Notes under the pieces: model-generated | Seen by the model: only the letters and a program-made list of their open reading frames with translations | Database searches by the model: none | What the model was told of the DNA's origin: nothing | Shown: piece by piece, positions 54,540 to 63,678 of the stretch | Layout: each line of letters starts with the position of its first letter | Position numbering within the stretch: the first letter of the stretch is position 1 | Made by a program: the position numbers and the translations under genes | Source of the DNA: Candidatus Poseidoniales archaeon | Lineage (GTDB): Archaea; Thermoplasmatota; Poseidoniia; Poseidoniales; Thalassarchaeaceae | Length of the DNA stretch: 64,000 bases | Direction: 5' to 3' | NCBI GenBank assembly: GCA_012959435.1 | Contig: DUDF01000068.1 | Location: 34,468 to 98,467, forward strand

Positions 54540-57500
54540 TCAGGCCCAAAATCTTCTTGTCCTGGCATAATTAAGTTCAGCATCATGAATTATTTTCAGC
54601 ATTAATTCTCGCTCACCTTTCGGAACTCGATTGAGGATTCGGCTAGCAGTTTCTTCACCTACACCTCTAGCCATCAAGCAGATTAGTGCTTCAATCCCTC
54701 TTTGGCGGACAATATGTGCATTTTTCTCCATCCTTGCCTGCACTGTTTGGTCTTCCGAGGCAACCCAACCTGCCAGCATTTCTTCCAATCCTTCACGCGT
54801 TGCGGCAAGCATCGTCCCACCACATTCACAGTGTGTGTGCTTAGCCCCATACATGGCTACGCGGGTTCGCATGCGTGAGCCACAAGCCAAACAGATTAGG
54901 ACCGCTCTTTCGTTTACTAACCGCTCTTCTAGACGCACTCTGACTTCCGCATCTGACCAGTTTGGCAGTAGTAGGTCTCTCTCACTTCGAGGTGAGATTC
55001 CGAGTGCTCCAGATGCGGTTTGTTCTATTCGTACTGCACCTGATTGAATCGCTTCTAGTAGCGCTACTGTGCCATCAATATCCATCTGGTCATGGAATAA
55101 TTTGTCCAAAGCCTCGTCGAGAACAACCGTGCCACGATAGCGATTAATGATCCCTTGGAGATTGACTCTGCGTGGGTCAATCCCTCGCTGTAAAATACCA
55201 AAAGTTTTGCACACTTGAACTAAGCGAGCACGTAGTTTCCTTCCATTTGGAATTGTCATTCGCATAATGTCTCGTAAAGCCTCAGGTGGAGTTTCAGTGA
55301 GCCAAGTAACCATCGAATCTGCAGTTAATGCTGGAACTTGCAGGGAGATTCGGTAAGGGTCAATGATTGCCCGTCCGCTTTTCCCATCAATAGTAGATGC
55401 CATTGCTTGCAAAAAATGTGCTAGCGCAGCATTCACTTTATTTCCATGACAACAGTTGAGGACGAGGGCATCTCGACGCGCTTCAATCGTGAGTAGTCTA
55501 GCATTAGGTATGCATCCGGTAGCATCCAAATGTTCTCCAACGCTTGTAGTTAGAGTACCAAGTGAATAGTCAGATACGGGGTATTGTGAGAGTTGGTGTT
55601 TCTTTGGCAGTTCCTCAATCCAAGCATTGACCTTTGCACCAAAATCATCATCCTTTGGATATTCCACATCCCATCCATGGTCCTCTGCAATAACCATCCT
55701 GAGATTGCCTACTTCACGGGCTATGTCTGCAGGAACTGCAGGCAGTTCACCAGCCCATACAGGGGCTGTACTAATGTCAGAGACAGGGGCAACTAACAAC
55801 TCGCTTTTTTCTGGGTCGGCATCAATGATTTGCCATGTCCTGCCAGCCATCACAAATCGCCGTGGCGAACCATCTTCTTCACCACCTGAAGAATCCAAAG
55901 ACAAAACAAAGGTTTCATCCACATTTCCTAAAGCTCTACGTGTGACAGAATCGCGAACTGAGTAACGAGTCTCGTCAGCAATCATAGAGAGATGGTTTAG
56001 CATGTAATGACGGCTTCGTGAACCTGGTGAGAACCAACCGTTTTTGAGGCTCTTTGGGAGGGTGGAGCGTAAAGCGTTGGACCAAGTCTCTCGTTGCTTC
56101 TCAGTGATATCCTCAAGTTCCTCATATTTCGGTCTTTTTTCAGGCAAGTCTTTGTTTTTCTCTGCTGCTACTTTCCAAATAATTGGTGGCCAATCAATAG
56201 GGTCTGAGTTGGCTGGGTTTTCAACAAGTTTCAGTAATCTTCTATCGTCAAGGATGGTGATTATTTCATTAACTTCGCTATCGGTGATGTCAGAGAAAAT
56301 TGGCGCTCTGCGAAGTAAGGTTGCTGCTGATGAAAGTGGAATCACTTTTTCAGCAATTGCAGTTAAAATTAGTTGGTTAGCAACTACTGAGAGTGGTTTT
56401 CTACGCCATTCGACTCCTTCAAGTTCACTAGCCATTGCCCGTCTTGTAATTACGGCAGCTTCGGCGATGTCATCATTTTCCCAACATAGTAACATGCCTC
56501 TTGATGTTCCTCCCAATACGTGCTCAGCCCTGCCAACTCTTTGCAGGAGTCTATCTACCGCGCGTGGTGACTGAACTTGATGCACCTGTTTGATTGAGCC
56601 AACATCAATTCCTAATTCAAGACTTGAAGTGCAGACAAGTCCGTGCAGATTTCCTTTTTGTAATTCTGATTCCATCTCATGTCTGGTTTCGGCCGCTAAT
56701 GACCCATGATGAACTCCTATATTCAATTCTTCATCGAGTTTACTTATTCTTTGAGCCACTGTCTCTGCGGCATTTCTAGAGTTTACGAATATCAAGCAGG
56801 GAGCACTTTCCCTAACTTTTGAGGCTAAGCAGCGAAGAGCCGCAAGACCCCTTGGAGACACGTGTAGTTCTAGTGATAGTGCTCGATCATCTGCGGTTGT
56901 TGGTTCAGTCACAACCAGTAATTCTGCTGGCCGAGGGGCGGGGGCGTTGATAGGCGTGGTAGTTGGTGAGAGCCAACCAGCCATTTCGTCAGGGTTTCCT
57001 ACAGTTGCGGACAATCCAATTCGTTGAACACGGCGGCCACACAACTCATCGATTCTTTCCAAAGCGATGGTCAGTTGTGCACCCCTTTCAGAAGCCGCTA
57101 AATCGTGTACCTCGTCAATCACAACCGCTTGAAGATTTTTCATCCCTTCACGCAGTCGACTACCAAATAGCAATAATTGACAGGTTTCTGGAGTTGTAAC
57201 AAGAAGGTGGGGTGGGTTACGGGATTGTTTTGTTCTTTGTGACTGAGTAGTATCTCCGTGACGTACATCAGAGCGTAATCCACATGCCTGTGATAAGGAC
57301 GAGATCCTTCTATCGATATCTCTGTTCAGTGCACGCAGTGGAGTGATGTACAGAATGCACATTGGTTGCCATTTGTCTTTGATTGCTCTGGAGAGTAGTG
57401 GCATAACTGCTGCTTCGGTTTTACCGCTTCCAGTGGGAGCGATTAGTAAGTGGTCAGAGCCGTCCAAAATATGTGTTTGTGACGCTGCTTGAATTGGCGT

Positions 57501-57569
57501 TGGACTCCAACCTCGTTCGTCAGCGAGTTTAGTGAGTGGATCTACAAGTGAACTGAAATCAGACACCAA
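54540..57569 (-). CDS. Lhr-like large superfamily-2 DEAD/DEAH-box helicase
   Basis: APTGSGKTEAA, VIDEVHDL, the SAT-like motif LSATVGN and helicase C motifs are present. A long C-terminal region carries a CxxC...CxC zinc ribbon (CLACGS...HCECGG). The start codon is TTG or GTG at 57569/57566. Confidence 0.88.
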   Translation of the reverse strand: MVSDFSSLVDPLTKLADERGWSPTPIQAASQTHILDGSDHLLIAPTGSGKTEAAVMPLLSRAIKDKWQPMCILYITPLRALNRDIDRRISSLSQACGLRSDVRHGDTTQSQRTKQSRNPPHLLVTTPETCQLLLFGSRLREGMKNLQAVVIDEVHDLAASERGAQLTIALERIDELCGRRVQRIGLSATVGNPDEMAGWLSPTTTPINAPAPRPAELLVVTEPTTADDRALSLELHVSPRGLAALRCLASKVRESAPCLIFVNSRNAAETVAQRISKLDEELNIGVHHGSLAAETRHEMESELQKGNLHGLVCTSSLELGIDVGSIKQVHQVQSPRAVDRLLQRVGRAEHVLGGTSRGMLLCWENDDIAEAAVITRRAMASELEGVEWRRKPLSVVANQLILTAIAEKVIPLSSAATLLRRAPIFSDITDSEVNEIITILDDRRLLKLVENPANSDPIDWPPIIWKVAAEKNKDLPEKRPKYEELEDITEKQRETWSNALRSTLPKSLKNGWFSPGSRSRHYMLNHLSMIADETRYSVRDSVTRRALGNVDETFVLSLDSSGGEEDGSPRRFVMAGRTWQIIDADPEKSELLVAPVSDISTAPVWAGELPAVPADIAREVGNLRMVIAEDHGWDVEYPKDDDFGAKVNAWIEELPKKHQLSQYPVSDYSLGTLTTSVGEHLDATGCIPNARLLTIEARRDALVLNCCHGNKVNAALAHFLQAMASTIDGKSGRAIIDPYRISLQVPALTADSMVTWLTETPPEALRDIMRMTIPNGRKLRARLVQVCKTFGILQRGIDPRRVNLQGIINRYRGTVVLDEALDKLFHDQMDIDGTVALLEAIQSGAVRIEQTASGALGISPRSERDLLLPNWSDAEVRVRLEERLVNERAVLICLACGSRMRTRVAMYGAKHTHCECGGTMLAATREGLEEMLAGWVASEDQTVQARMEKNAHIVRQRGIEALICLMARGVGEETASRILNRVPKGERELMLKIIHDAELNYARTRRFWA

Positions 57570-57624
57570 ATAACTCCCCTCTCAGGCGAGGGGGCAAGCC
57601 TGAGTGTGAAAAGGGCGCCGGCTC

Positions 57625-60600
57625 TCAGTAGTCGTCATCGTCATCATAATCGTCGTCATCATAATCATCGTCATCTTCATCATCAAACATGTGATCATCA
57701 TCAAACAATTCTGAGCGACCAGTAAGGGCTCCCTTCATGCTGACGTATGCAACAATAGGCAGTACAATCATGGCAATAATGATTCCAATTACAGCGAGTA
57801 GATTTTGGCGAGCTCCTTCAACCCAACCCATGCCAAATGCGTAATCCACAGAAACTCCTACGCTAGCGCTATTATCTGACTCGTCAACTTCAGTAATTTC
57901 ATTTTCTGAGTCAACAATTACAATGACTCTGTCAACACCTTTCTCAGCGATCCAAGTTGCAGAAATAGGAATCGATTCATCGGCGATGCCATTCAGTTTT
58001 TGGGTCGCAAACGGTTTTTCAGAGTCGCCAGAATAGAATCCAACAACAAATCCAGAATTAGTTGTGCCACCGAGATTTGAAATCCATGCAGTAATCTCAA
58101 TTTTGTCACCGTTGGCAACAATCTCACGATCGGCTGAAATGCGTTCAACAGTCAACTGTGCCCCAAGTGCGCCGAATCGAATCCATTGAAGTTCATGGTC
58201 ACCATTTAGGTCCACAGGTTCTCTTACAGGGTCACTCTTGGAATTTCCTTCCGTTGCTAGTGGATTACCAGCTGAATCCCAACCTTCAATCCAGAATCCA
58301 ACTTCATAATCCTGAAGTGGCGGATTCATTCCATCGCCAATCAAGTCAACGGTACCAGTCCAAGTGATTGCTTGTTCCTCTTGAAGCATACCCAGTAGTG
58401 ATGAGCCTGAGGAAATCTGGCGCTGGTTCTCATCACGCATTAACCAATGAACCCATTGTGGACTTCTAGATAGGTCAGCATCTTCCCATCCAATGAACTC
58501 AACTGGTACTTCAGTAAGTGCAGAACTGTTGGCGATATCAATTACATCAATCGGTGCTAGCCTTTCAAGAACTCTAGGTGGTGCGTGGTCAACCTTAACT
58601 TGAAGAGTTGTGGAAACAGTATCACGGGTCATGTCCTCACCTCTTCCAGGGATATTTCTAACCCCTGCTAGGAAAGTTCTAGTCTCGCTAGAAGCGAGGG
58701 TAGGTGCAGCCCCAAGAGGAACTTCTAAACTAAATCCTCCTTCATCAGTTAGGCTACCATCTGACCAGTATTGTACACCATCAAAGACTTCAACAGTAAT
58801 TCCAAGATTTTTCGGTGCGGGAACATCGCTACCTTCGTAGACAACACGTCCAGACCAGCGCAAACGGTCGTTAGGAACAACTCTACTCCCGTCAAATACA
58901 GGACCAACTCGTGGTTCCTGAACGTCTTCTACAGTGTAAGTTTCAGCATCTAGAACCAAGTCATTCTCTATTCTGAATGTGTGCTCCGTGAAGATTTCTC
59001 GGCGTGGTTCAGTACTGCCCAATTGAGTGAATTCCAAGGCGACATCTGACAAATCAGCATCAGGCCAATCCCATGAGAACTGGAATGCAAATGTGACCAT
59101 CACCCAAGGCAAACCGGTTTCGTTAGTGGTGACAATTCCTCCACATGACTCATCAAGTAGATTATTGCAAGCGGGCGAAATAACAAGGAAATCATCATCA
59201 GTCCAGAAAGTTTCGTTACTACCGCTATACGACAATCGTTGTTGGTCTCTTTCAGGGTCTGGCCCTTCAAAGTCAAAGATGATGGAAATATCAGTGAAGT
59301 CAATCAAACCGTTTGCATCAACGAGTCCGAGTGTGAGGTATTGGGTTGTTCCAGCAAATGCTCTCTCTCCATCTTCGTGGCCTGCCCAGTGCAGTCCGGT
59401 GAACACCGAGTCCATGTCTTTCCTAGTTCTGTAAGTTACCAAGTCATAATCAAATCCTGGCCCGTCTGAACGCAGTAGTGAATTTCCTGCCACATCAGTC
59501 CCAGTAACATAGTATGATACTCGTGCCATATTTGGATTACTAGAATCATCAATAATTGCAAAGAATAACTTGTCAATGTCGTCAGTCATGTTGATCATTG
59601 TTTGGTTGATGTATTCCGCTGCGTCAGCATTACCATTACGGTTAGAGTCATGTTCTGACTCTACCCAGTAGTGAAGAGTCAATACTTCCGGTGCGCCTAT
59701 TGCATCCTGAATTCGGATACGTACTGCTTGATCTTCATAACCAGCTTCGTATGCATTATCCAGAGGTGTAGCTTCTATCAGCGATGGACTAGTTGCATCA
59801 ACTCGGATGGTTCGCTGCCACGATTCGTTGATTGACAAGACCTTGAGTGGGTCTCGTGGATTGTCAATTTGTACCTCATAAAACACACCCTCTGGGCGAT
59901 TAATAGTATCTACAGGGACTGGGATAAAGAACTCCCCATATTGGTTGGAGCGGTCTTTTGCTTGTAGGAAGTCACCTTCAGGTGTTCGCTTGATAACTGC
60001 AACATCAAAAGTAGAGTCTAGAGGTGCATCTTGGGTTCCATCATACCACACTGCTCCTTGGAAGTAGAGTGTTTCTCCAGATTTAACCCATTGATTTTCT
60101 GGCACATCATCGTGGTGGACTGCTCCATCATTGTCTCTAACCTTCATCCACCCAAGTCCATAGGATTGGTTTACACGAATGCCAGGTGTGTTACTTGTTC
60201 GTGATGATAGTGACATTGGTGAGAGACCTTGGTCATCAGTACAACTGACTCTGAATCCAACATTGCTCTGTTCGTTGAAGTTAGAGGTCACGCGGAAAGC
60301 CCAGTGGATTTCTAAAATCCCGTTACTGTTATTGGTCCATGTTGCAGAAGCATCTGGAATAATCCAGTCTTCGGGGTCATCATCAACAAGTGTTCCATCA
60401 CTGTTCCAAGTTAGGGCAGGGGTTTCACTTGAGGGTTGAGCCAAAAAGGTAAGAGTTGCTGTAGAAATCCCTCCAGCATCTTCACCAATCACATGTCTAC
60501 TTACGACTTCATAAGCGTCAATGGTTTCATGTAACACCATACTTTCATCCCAATTAATGTCAAGATTCACCGTTTGCATGACGTAAGTAATTGAGAATGA

Positions 60601-62739
60601 ATTAATCACCACATTCCCTGAAGAGTCTGATTCAATTTGGATAGGAATTAGAATCGTTCCAGAACCGGTGTCTGGGATTTCATTATTTATTGCATTAACA
60701 ATGGAACTACCCGAACTGCCGGTTGCTATGACTGTTGAAAGTAGGGCGTTAGTGTGAGTCCATTCAGAACTGCCATCACTACCAATGTCTAACTTCACGT
60801 TTTGAGGGGCATTAGAGTAGAGAGCGACTTGGAAGTCATCTACGATAGGGCTGTATGAGTTTCCCCCTCCAGAGTAAAAGTAGAAGCAAAGGGAGAGGTA
60901 AGTCAACCCCGTAGGGAAATTTACTGTTTGGCCAGACGTTCCCAAAGTTGTCGAAGTTCCCGATGTGCAACCGCTTGATGTGGTCCACTTTACAGATAGT
61001 GAACTTCCACCTAGTTCAGTTGCGTTCCACCATACTTGGGCAGCGACAGGTCCATTTGAGCCAGTGCCTCCAAAATATGGGGTTCGCATCCACATTAATC
61101 CTGAGGATGCGTATGAACCAGTATAACCGAGGTTAATTGTGTCAATCAGGGCAGAAACATTGCTGTTTGTACTGTTTAGGTATGCTCGCCATCCTAATTG
61201 GATTCCAGAATTTGCGAAAATCACTTTTGTTCCTATTTGTGCTTGTTTCCAAGTTATTCCACCATCATTTGTAACTTCGTATTCAACTGATGTACCAGTT
61301 GGCTTCCAAGATATTGCTGCTGTTAGTGTAAGGTCGGGGGTGGCTCTCGTTGCAATGATTGCAGATGATGTAATTATTCCAGAAGTGGTTGTGGGTGTTC
61401 CCATTGAAGTGGCAGTTGATTGGCCATTAGTCAGAATCTTGTGTGAACTTCCACTTGGACACTGGTTGTTGTAAAAACAAGTCCAAGCAATTGTTCCAGC
61501 GCCAGTTGATTCAATGCCATAATGAGCTCGGTTTGGGAACAAAATATCACCTTGATGTTCTGGCCATGCTCCACCTCTGAGGAAAACAGAGTGGTAGTTT
61601 TTCGCCTTACAATTGTTGTTACTTGCTTGCCAAGTACAGTAGACATTCACTGTCACTCTGTCCCCAGCAACATCAAGTCCCGAGGGCAGTCCCTTTCCGC
61701 TTGCGACCATCATTAACAGTTGTGTGGACAATGCTTGAACGGGGCTTGAGCGGTTGACATTCCACAAATAGTAATTGTAATTTGGATTCGAATATTGGGT
61801 TGTTAGCACATACATTTCATTGTCAACGGGGTCAAAGGCAACTCCCCCAATCTTGTAATTCCCGCCATACCATGCTTGATTGCATGACCAAACAGCCTGC
61901 CCAGCAGAATTCACAGACACAGTCCATTTTGCGATGTAGTTGTAATTCCAACTGGTGGTCCAAATAGTACCATTCCCATCGCTAGTGATGTCAGAAAGGT
62001 AACGCATAGTAGATGTTGTGCAGCTGTTATACTGCAAACTAGCAGTTCCAACCCTAGCACCAGTTGTGCTGTTATATTGATGAATAGTTGCGAAATTAGA
62101 TGTTCCTGAATTAGGCCAATGAGCGACATAAGTATTATTTTCTTGGAAAGCCACAGGACCAGCATAATTCCAAACCCCTCCAGAATAGGCTGAATATCCC
62201 TGTGTAGTTGCGCCAATTAAATCAGAAGCAGCAAATCCGATTGCCCCGCCGGTTGTATTGTGAACTGTGTTTGGTGCACTAGAAATATCGTTGGTCCTTG
62301 TTAAAGTCCAACTGGCTTCACTTTGCATCTCTCTAAGGGATGTTTGATCGTTACTGACATCGATTGAGGTACGATAATCATATCCAAAGTAAGGGACATT
62401 CATTGGTCCATCTGTTGTTGAAGGGCCGCCGAAGTGTGTATTGGTAGTTGCATTGGCCCAAGTAGTTGTTGAAGGGGTTCCAGTGAGGGAGAAACTGGCA
62501 GATGTGACATCGGCACCATAGGGCATGTTCACCCCGGCTGTCCCACCATTACCTTGACCAGTGAAAGTGTGGGAGAAGCTGGTAGTACCGTCAGCAAACT
62601 GGGTTTCAGTGGTTGCTGCGATTGCTAATGGCAATACTGCGGAGAATAGCATTAACCCAACTAGGAAAAATGAGATAGTTTTGATTTGAGTAATGCATCT
62701 GAACATAGGCGGTCCCTTAGGGACCGTTAGGGTTACCAT
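57625..62739 (-). CDS. Giant (1704 aa) type-I anchored surface protein with a CARDB domain and a poly-Asp/Tyr cytoplasmic tail
   Basis: - Signal/anchor FFLVGLMLFSAVLPLAIAA.
- Ser/Thr/Asn/Gly-rich beta ectodomain with many sequons.
- C-terminal CARDB-like domain (EITAWISNLGGTTNSGFVVGFYSG...VDESDNSA).
- TM helix LLAVIGIIIAMIVLPIVAYV.
- Tail DDEDDDDYDDDDYDDDDDY.
- Alternative start at ATG 62706. Confidence 0.85.
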   Translation of the reverse strand: MVTLTVPKGPPMFRCITQIKTISFFLVGLMLFSAVLPLAIAATTETQFADGTTSFSHTFTGQGNGGTAGVNMPYGADVTSASFSLTGTPSTTTWANATTNTHFGGPSTTDGPMNVPYFGYDYRTSIDVSNDQTSLREMQSEASWTLTRTNDISSAPNTVHNTTGGAIGFAASDLIGATTQGYSAYSGGVWNYAGPVAFQENNTYVAHWPNSGTSNFATIHQYNSTTGARVGTASLQYNSCTTSTMRYLSDITSDGNGTIWTTSWNYNYIAKWTVSVNSAGQAVWSCNQAWYGGNYKIGGVAFDPVDNEMYVLTTQYSNPNYNYYLWNVNRSSPVQALSTQLLMMVASGKGLPSGLDVAGDRVTVNVYCTWQASNNNCKAKNYHSVFLRGGAWPEHQGDILFPNRAHYGIESTGAGTIAWTCFYNNQCPSGSSHKILTNGQSTATSMGTPTTTSGIITSSAIIATRATPDLTLTAAISWKPTGTSVEYEVTNDGGITWKQAQIGTKVIFANSGIQLGWRAYLNSTNSNVSALIDTINLGYTGSYASSGLMWMRTPYFGGTGSNGPVAAQVWWNATELGGSSLSVKWTTSSGCTSGTSTTLGTSGQTVNFPTGLTYLSLCFYFYSGGGNSYSPIVDDFQVALYSNAPQNVKLDIGSDGSSEWTHTNALLSTVIATGSSGSSIVNAINNEIPDTGSGTILIPIQIESDSSGNVVINSFSITYVMQTVNLDINWDESMVLHETIDAYEVVSRHVIGEDAGGISTATLTFLAQPSSETPALTWNSDGTLVDDDPEDWIIPDASATWTNNSNGILEIHWAFRVTSNFNEQSNVGFRVSCTDDQGLSPMSLSSRTSNTPGIRVNQSYGLGWMKVRDNDGAVHHDDVPENQWVKSGETLYFQGAVWYDGTQDAPLDSTFDVAVIKRTPEGDFLQAKDRSNQYGEFFIPVPVDTINRPEGVFYEVQIDNPRDPLKVLSINESWQRTIRVDATSPSLIEATPLDNAYEAGYEDQAVRIRIQDAIGAPEVLTLHYWVESEHDSNRNGNADAAEYINQTMINMTDDIDKLFFAIIDDSSNPNMARVSYYVTGTDVAGNSLLRSDGPGFDYDLVTYRTRKDMDSVFTGLHWAGHEDGERAFAGTTQYLTLGLVDANGLIDFTDISIIFDFEGPDPERDQQRLSYSGSNETFWTDDDFLVISPACNNLLDESCGGIVTTNETGLPWVMVTFAFQFSWDWPDADLSDVALEFTQLGSTEPRREIFTEHTFRIENDLVLDAETYTVEDVQEPRVGPVFDGSRVVPNDRLRWSGRVVYEGSDVPAPKNLGITVEVFDGVQYWSDGSLTDEGGFSLEVPLGAAPTLASSETRTFLAGVRNIPGRGEDMTRDTVSTTLQVKVDHAPPRVLERLAPIDVIDIANSSALTEVPVEFIGWEDADLSRSPQWVHWLMRDENQRQISSGSSLLGMLQEEQAITWTGTVDLIGDGMNPPLQDYEVGFWIEGWDSAGNPLATEGNSKSDPVREPVDLNGDHELQWIRFGALGAQLTVERISADREIVANGDKIEITAWISNLGGTTNSGFVVGFYSGDSEKPFATQKLNGIADESIPISATWIAEKGVDRVIVIVDSENEITEVDESDNSASVGVSVDYAFGMGWVEGARQNLLAVIGIIIAMIVLPIVAYVSMKGALTGRSELFDDDHMFDDEDDDDYDDDDYDDDDDY

Positions 62740-62820
62740 TTCAATCCTTTGTATTTAGAACAAAAAGCCGGTACACCGAAACTGTATCAATCAGGAGGCT
62801 TTCGAGCGGATGGGATTGAG

Positions 62821-63663
62821 ATGGCGGCAGGTAGGAAGCGGAAGACATCAAAGCGAAGTTTGAAAGCATATTTTGGAGAGTTTTGGGAGAACCAAAGAGA
62901 CCGTCACTTGGTTATTTTGGGAATGCTGACAGTTCTCACTTTTGCATTGATGTTGTGGGCTTTGGCCTTCTTCACAATATTTGCTTCAAACGCACAACAG
63001 GAAGCCAATAGTTGGGCGAATTTGACGGCTGTAACATGGGTTGGAGTCTTACTCGCTTTCGTTCTATTATTGTTTGTTATTCCGGAGTTTTTCCATTATC
63101 TTGGAATACGTAATTCTCTAGTTGATATGCTAGAAACAGACTCTCGCGCGGAGATGCAAAAAAACAAGAAAGAATTGGATGAGGCGGCGGAATTACTCGC
63201 TGGCGCTTGGCCAGCAAGAATCGAGGCTAAGAGAGTGGAGTTAGGATTACGCCGAGAGATGCCCGAGGGTATGGAATTACCAGCCAATGAAGGTAACGAA
63301 TTATTTGGCGGATGGTTGAACACAAAGTATTCACGATTAGCTCAGAGATTTCCGGACTCTAATATCTTCAAAGACCCGGGCATTAACAAGTTGATATTAT
63401 TCAGTTCACTTACTGGATTGGTGTTATTTGTCTATAATGCAACGATTGGATTAGCGCGCGAAACGGTGTCTAGTCCACGTAATATGAGCGTTGACTTAAC
63501 CTCAATCATGAATGGTGGGGAATATAATGCAACTTGGGCTCCACACTTGGATTTAGTTGGAGGGATTTTGATTGCTATATTTGCGGTTATTCTTTTCATG
63601 ACTGGACCCGCGTCCACTGACGAGGATGATTCAAAGAGTGACTCAATTCAAGAAGAAGAATGA
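62821..63663 (+). CDS. Hypothetical 4-TM membrane protein with a central cytoplasmic helical region and an acidic tail
   Basis: The basic N-terminus MAAGRKRKTSKRS is followed by 2+2 TM helices. The predicted outer loop carries the sequons NMS and NAT. The protein ends DSIQEEE. I prefer ATG 62821 over TTG 62749. Confidence 0.55.
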   Translation: MAAGRKRKTSKRSLKAYFGEFWENQRDRHLVILGMLTVLTFALMLWALAFFTIFASNAQQEANSWANLTAVTWVGVLLAFVLLLFVIPEFFHYLGIRNSLVDMLETDSRAEMQKNKKELDEAAELLAGAWPARIEAKRVELGLRREMPEGMELPANEGNELFGGWLNTKYSRLAQRFPDSNIFKDPGINKLILFSSLTGLVLFVYNATIGLARETVSSPRNMSVDLTSIMNGGEYNATWAPHLDLVGGILIAIFAVILFMTGPASTDEDDSKSDSIQEEE

Positions 63664-63678
63664 ATGAGGCGGTAATAG

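Noticed and set aside
57581-57604. Hairpin CTCAGGC-(10 nt)-GCCTGAG between the giant protein's stop and the Lhr start
   Set aside because: It could be a terminator or attenuator. However, archaeal termination mainly uses oligo-T tracts, and a single 7-bp stem is weak evidence.
62711-62735. GGTCCC-TTA-GGGACC palindrome and two TTAGGG copies near the 5' end of the 1704-aa gene
   Set aside because: It is too short for any claim. It may lie within the coding sequence if ATG 62739 is the true start. It is mentioned only as a possible operator.
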